Below, in pieces: positions 53,429 through 64,000 of a DNA stretch of 64,000 bases. This DNA comes from Octopus vulgaris (lineage: Eukaryota): NCBI GenBank assembly GCA_951406725.2, contig OX597824.1:28086001-28150000 (forward strand), written 5' to 3'. The notes beneath the pieces were generated by a model. It had not been told where the DNA came from. It saw nothing but the letters and a program-made list of their open reading frames with translations, and did no database searches. Each line of letters starts with the position of its first letter. Position 1 is the stretch's first letter. Position numbers and translations under genes: made by a program.

Positions 53429-54174
53429 AAGAACAAAAACACAAAAACAAACGAACGAAAAACAATAAAACGATATAGGAAGGCGTGTTGGTGGTGGCGG
53501 TGGTGCAGATGAAAAACGGGGGGTGGTGGAGATTGAAGTGAAGAAGAAGAAAAGAAAAAAAGAGGAAAAAGAATAATAATACTAATAAGTAGGGAGAGAA
53601 TCAAGGATAAGAAGGGTGTAAAGGAGAGCGTCGACAGTGGTTGGCGTCCGTGTATGGCGGCCACCGAGCGAACCCTTTATTGGGAGAATCACGGCGGTTC
53701 ATTTTTCTTCAGTGCCAAGCTGTTTCCGTTTAACCATTGAATCTATATGCATATAAGCGTATGTTAGCAAACATAAAGATGGACGGATAGTCGACGGAAT
53801 ATTTTCGATCGACGGAGCTTCATTTATTTCTTATGTTCGTTTATACATTCCTATTATTCTTTTATTCGTTCGCATTGTATGTTTATTTGTATTTATGTAT
53901 GTGTGTGTGTGTGTGTATATCTGTATGTATGCAAGTATGTATGTATGCAAGTATGTATGTATTTATGTATGTATGTATTTATGTATGTGTGTATGTATGT
54001 ATGTAAGTATGTATGTAAGTATGTATGTATGTAAGTATGTATGTATGTATTTGGTATTCAAGCATGTATATAGATATACGAACACGTCCACTCACAGAGA
54101 AATGTGGTTAAATATATGTGAATGTATGTGTGTGTATGGCGTCCAGGGTATATGTATATATGTGTCTGAGCAGT

Positions 54175-54321
<147 letters not shown>

Positions 54322-54538
54322 GGCGGCGAGCTGGTAGAAACGTTAGCACGCCGGGCGAAATTCGTCTGTCGTTACGTTCCGTGTTCAAATTCCGCCGAGG
54401 TCGACTTTGCCTTTCATCCTTTCGGGGTCGATAAATTAAGTACCAGTTACGCACTGGGGTCGATGTAGTCGACTTAATCCCTTTGTCTGTCCTTGTTTGT
54501 CCCCTCTGTGTTTAGCCCCTTGTGGGTAGTAAAGAAAT
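54322..54538 (+). mobile_element. SINE family A (A1)
   Basis: Family-A sequence with a short head deletion, lying between microsatellites. Confidence 0.88.
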
Positions 54539-54539
54539 A

Positions 54540-54591
<52 letters not shown>

Positions 54592-55338
54592 TAATTCTGC
54601 TCATGTTTGTGTACAGCTCTTTGTGTGTGCTTGTGTAATTGCGTTAAAAATAATGTTAGTCTGAGCGTATGCGGAGCAGACATATGTGTTTTGCTACGGT
54701 GAATTCGTTATTCTTTGTTATATTAACAAGTTTTTATATGCGAAAATATATGTCACTTTGAAATGAATGAATCTTCTAAACGTTGTTCTCTAGATCGTTA
54801 ATGTAGAAGCACGTGCTTATTTGTCCCATCTCAATTGAACCGTCGAGAAGGCAATGTGATGTAAATTTGTTAAAAACCTTTTCTTCAGGTATTTGTTCGA
54901 GTGGATAATGAAACGCTAATGACAATATAAAGTTCAGAAAATGCAAATATCACTGTACGTCTTTTCTGCCTTTTTCCATTTATGTATGTATGTATGTATG
55001 TATGTATGTATGTATGTATGTATGTATGCATGTATGTATGTATGTATGTATGGATGGATGGATGGGTGGATGGATGGATGTATTTATGTATGGAAGTTTG
55101 CATATGTATGTATCTATATGTGATACGCATGAATGAAAGTGTCGGTTGAAGCGTATTTCTTATGAGCATGTGCAGCTGACTGTACACATGTGTGTGTGCG
55201 TGTGGGTGTACATATATATAAACATGTATATTTGTGTGGGGGCTGGAGAGTGCGTGTGTGTGGGAAATATGGTGTTCCAGCACTGCCGCAGTGAAATGAC
55301 TGAAACTTCTAAAAGAATATAAGAATAAAATATATATA

Positions 55339-55416
<78 letters not shown>

Positions 55417-55417
55417 C

Positions 55418-55460
<43 letters not shown>

Positions 55461-55505
55461 CATATATATACATGTATATACATATACACACACATATATA
55501 TATAC

Positions 55506-55536
<31 letters not shown>

Positions 55537-55588
55537 TATACATATATATAGGCGCAGGATTGGCTGTGTGTTAGGTAGCTTGCTTATC

Positions 55589-57083
55589 TCATTGCGCATG
55601 TGCGAACTAGAGTTGTGCTGACACTGAAGCTGTAAGACGTGTTTTTGAAGCCGTCTTGAATTGAATATTTTTGAAACTCAGCTGTATCGTAAGATTTTTT
55701 TGGTGTCTAGTGGGGGCCTGTTGTTTGCCCCAATTATTTTTTACAAACAAGAAGCCCTCACTGGATTCTAGTCTGCCTGAGGCTGAGTGAAAACGTTTTT
55801 CACTTAATTGAGAAAATTATTCTTTTGGTGGGCGTATCCTGCCGCAAAATTTTGTTTGAGAATAGTGTTTGTCCGGGAATAACTCCGTGGGAATTTTTAG
55901 GAAAAGATTTCAACAATATTGTTCCTATTAGAAGAAAATTGGAATTAATTTTTAACTGTTTAACAATTGCCTTAAAATTTTGGCCTGGAGTACCTTTGCT
56001 GTGTTTTGAACTGTTGCTCTCTCTCTCTTCATCTATCTTTTATTTAAAAGAAAAAAATCTCTTTATTGAACTGTTAGTTTTTTCTCCTTCCTTTTTGGGG
56101 GGACTTTTATTTTGTATTTTAAGACCTGTATTTTTGAACTTTGTTTTTAAAAAAAATAGCAAATAACAATGGAAAGTTGGTGGAGTGGGAAATTACACCA
56201 ACCAAAAGATGGTTAAAAGAACTTGAAAGTAAGACGGTGGTTTCGACAACCTACTCTTGGACCTTCGACGCCATTGCTGTTTTTAAAAAAATATAATCGA
56301 AAGAGCTGACAGAATTTAATCCGGTGATTAAGTTTATCTCTCGGGGGGTCAAATATGCAACCGTGTGGATGCTCTTTGACTCTCCAGAAGTGGCTTGTGA
56401 ATTTGCGAGCCAGCCCCTGGAGGGCAATGACCTTCTGTTTCTTCCCACTTATTGTGGAAAGAAGTTGACTAGGGCTTGGGTTTGCGGCTTGCCACCCGGA
56501 ATTGAACCAAAGTGCCGGGATCTGGGTGGCAGTAGCACCGGACTCCTCAACGTAAATATTCTGACTGCGGCTGACTGGGAGGGGTCAATGGCTGTTTTGA
56601 CCCTATGGACCTAGTCAGCCGAAAGTCTGGTATTTCCAGACTTTTTGATAATGGCAGAGACTAGGTATCCAGTGATGCTTGAGGGCCGTCTCCCAAGTGT
56701 CATCGGTGCCTTAAGCAAAGTCCTGGAGAGGAGGGAATGAAGGCGACTGGGAGACGGAGGACTCCCCAAAGAAGAGCCGCAAAAGGAAGAAGGTGAGCAA
56801 TAATGAGTGCTTACCGAAGGATCCTGGGAATGAGACAAGGGAGGCGAATCTCCGGGTCACGCAGGAGATGCACTCTCCCCCAGTCGAGAAGAAAAAAAGA
56901 GAAAGAGCAGGGGAAACGGGACATTACCGGCAATCGGAGACATGGCTCCGCAGTGTCCCGGAGCGTCGTCAGTGGCGGTTGTTCCACTGGGGGGAGCCGC
57001 CAATGGTAGAATTGACTACCTCGGACCCGGTGGAGGAAGAGCTGTTGGTCTTCTTTTATAGAGGCGGAGAGGTGTAAAAGCTG
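55589..57083 (+). mobile_element. Degenerate LINE 5'UTR + ORF1-like pseudo-ORF (Tx1/L1-like), copy 2
   Basis: From ~56157: (I)ANNNGKLVEWEITPTKRWLKELESKTVVSTTYSWTFDAIAVFKK/..ELTEFNPVIKFISRGVKYATVWMLFDSPEVACEFASQPLEGNDLLFLPTYCGKKLTRAWVCGLPPGIEP. Homologous to 13080-13780. It interrupts a SINE-B head (55550-55588) and ends at the (AAT)n array. Confidence 0.6.
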
Positions 57084-62330
<5,247 letters not shown>

Positions 62331-62632
62331 GAAATTTTCAAAATACAAAGACCTGGAAATAGAGGTACTAGAATGTGGAATCTAAAAACAGAAATAATTC
62401 CTTAGGTATGATAAAAAAATATTCAGACAAATACATAACAAAAACACCAGGACATACAAACACATATAACATACAGAAAATTGCACTACTAGGCACTGCA
62501 CACATCCTACGCAGAACACTTTCCATACAGTAACCATCAATGCATTACAACAAATAACAGCACATACCCAAGGCACAAAGAGCTGCGCTCGGTAGTGAAG
62601 TGAAAGCACATTATAAAAATAAAACTACTGAA
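62331..62632 (+). mobile_element. Dong/R4-clade (RLE-type) non-LTR retrotransposon 3' end
   Basis: Translates KFSKYKDLEIEV/RMWNLKTEIIP/LGMIKKYSDKYITKTPGHTNTYNIQKIALLGTAHILRRTLSIQ* (stop 62531-62533), the C-terminal part of the restriction-like endonuclease region of R4/Dong elements. Flanked by AAT repeats on both sides. Confidence 0.85.
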
Positions 62633-62683
62633 TGATAATAATAATAATGACGGCGATAATTATCATCATGATGATGGTGGTGG

Positions 62684-62734
<51 letters not shown>

Positions 62735-62759
62735 CGACGACGATGATGATGATGACGAT

Positions 62760-63192
62760 GTACTACAGCAAATATTCTGCTCAATACCACATATTTATAT
62801 GTGAGTTGTTTGACCTTAACCTATTGGGCATGTCCCTTAGTGGCGGATGATATGTGCAACTATGACCTCGAGCAGAAGCAGTTGGGGAACATCATAAGCA
62901 TGTTTTGAAAGGAATTCTTTGGGGCTTGAATAACTCACCTCTGAAAATCAAATCGTATCAGGAGACCTTTTGAGTAGGATTGGATATTCGACCCAAAGAA
63001 AAATCCTAACTGGGCCCAACCTGCAATGTCATGCGCTGTCTATCTCGGTGTAGGATCACCAGGCCGCGTACATATGGTTGTGATGCATGTACCAGGTGTA
63101 ACCTTATCAGACGGGTAGTCATGATGGGTATACTGGGCTACGTATATTTTATACAAGTATGACTTTGAAGTCATGCACTGCTCTCTCACTCA
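62760..63192 (+). mobile_element. Probable non-coding 3' end of another retroelement ending in (AAT/AAC)n
   Basis: A complex unique block bounded by (GAT)n on the left and ...ctgctctctcactc(AAT/AAC)n on the right. No ORF recognised. Confidence 0.4.
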
Positions 63193-63203
63193 ATAACAAT
63201 AAC

Positions 63204-63235
<32 letters not shown>

Positions 63236-63895
63236 TGATGATGATGATAATAATGATGATGATAATAATAATAACAACAACAACAACAACAGCAACAACA
63301 ATAACAACAACAATAAAAACTGTGCATGGAAGCGTTTACGATATTCCCATATATATTTCTCTCGAATCTCCATTGTATACTTGTCATCGAAGTTTTCCCA
63401 TCTACAATACGTGTCTAAGTAATAACACTACATTATTCAAAAACATATAAGTGGATGGAAATTAACAAATAAATATTGTATTCGCTCAATTTTATCAATT
63501 CTTTTTTTTTCCCAATCCACAAACTTATGTTGATACGAAATGGGATTCAGCGAAGGTTTTCAAATATAAATGGTATATTTTATCACACATTTCTTATATT
63601 TGGCTTCCTTATTTCTTATTTCATTTTTTATTTTATTTCATTTCGATTTTTTTCTCCTGTAAATTCAGTTTTTCGTTATATACGTTTATATGCACCTACA
63701 TATGTGTATTTACCGTTATGAATGTATTTATATTTTTCACATGCATACTCAGATATGCTAACACGTGTTTATATATGTATGTATCAATCTATCTATCTGT
63801 CTATCTACCTATATAAATATATATATTTATATATATATATATGTGTGTATATATATATATGTATATATATGTATATCTATATGTATGTAATTATG

Positions 63896-63966
<71 letters not shown>

Positions 63967-63967
63967 G

Positions 63968-64000
63968 TGGAGGCACAATGCCCCAGTGGTTAGGGCAGCG
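63968..64000 (+). mobile_element. Start of a SINE family C copy (cut by the window end)
   Basis: tggaggcacaatgccccagtggttagggcagcg matches the head of 12404-12788 and 22742-23038. Confidence 0.75.

Overview
Eukaryotic, AT-rich, repeat-dominated window with no host protein-coding exon I can support. The SINE repertoire looks like octopus (cephalopod) DNA, which is an inference from recall, not a search. Most ORF-track entries are microsatellite read-through. The window contains: (1) a 5'-truncated Penelope-like element (PLE) of Naiad type (RT + Zn-finger + GIY-YIG, minus strand, 39657-41071), broken only by a 1-nt deletion in a G run; (2) at least five families of PLE-terminal-repeat-like modules carrying type I hammerhead ribozyme (HHR) motifs, mostly inserted in (TA)n and several arranged as inverted duplications; (3) a ~453-bp HHR-bearing partial tandem repeat fused, inside its ribozyme core, to a ~25-copy 90-bp satellite; (4) a ~5.25-kb near-perfect (AAT)n array followed directly by a Dong/R4-type retrotransposon 3' end; (5) CR1/L2-group, RTE and Tx1/L1-ORF1-like LINE relics; (6) many tRNA-derived SINEs with shuffled head and tail modules, one sharing a covarying 3' stem-loop with the CR1/L2-group LINE; (7) two non-autonomous Helitron-like elements and abundant microsatellites. 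All alignments and RNA folds were done by eye.
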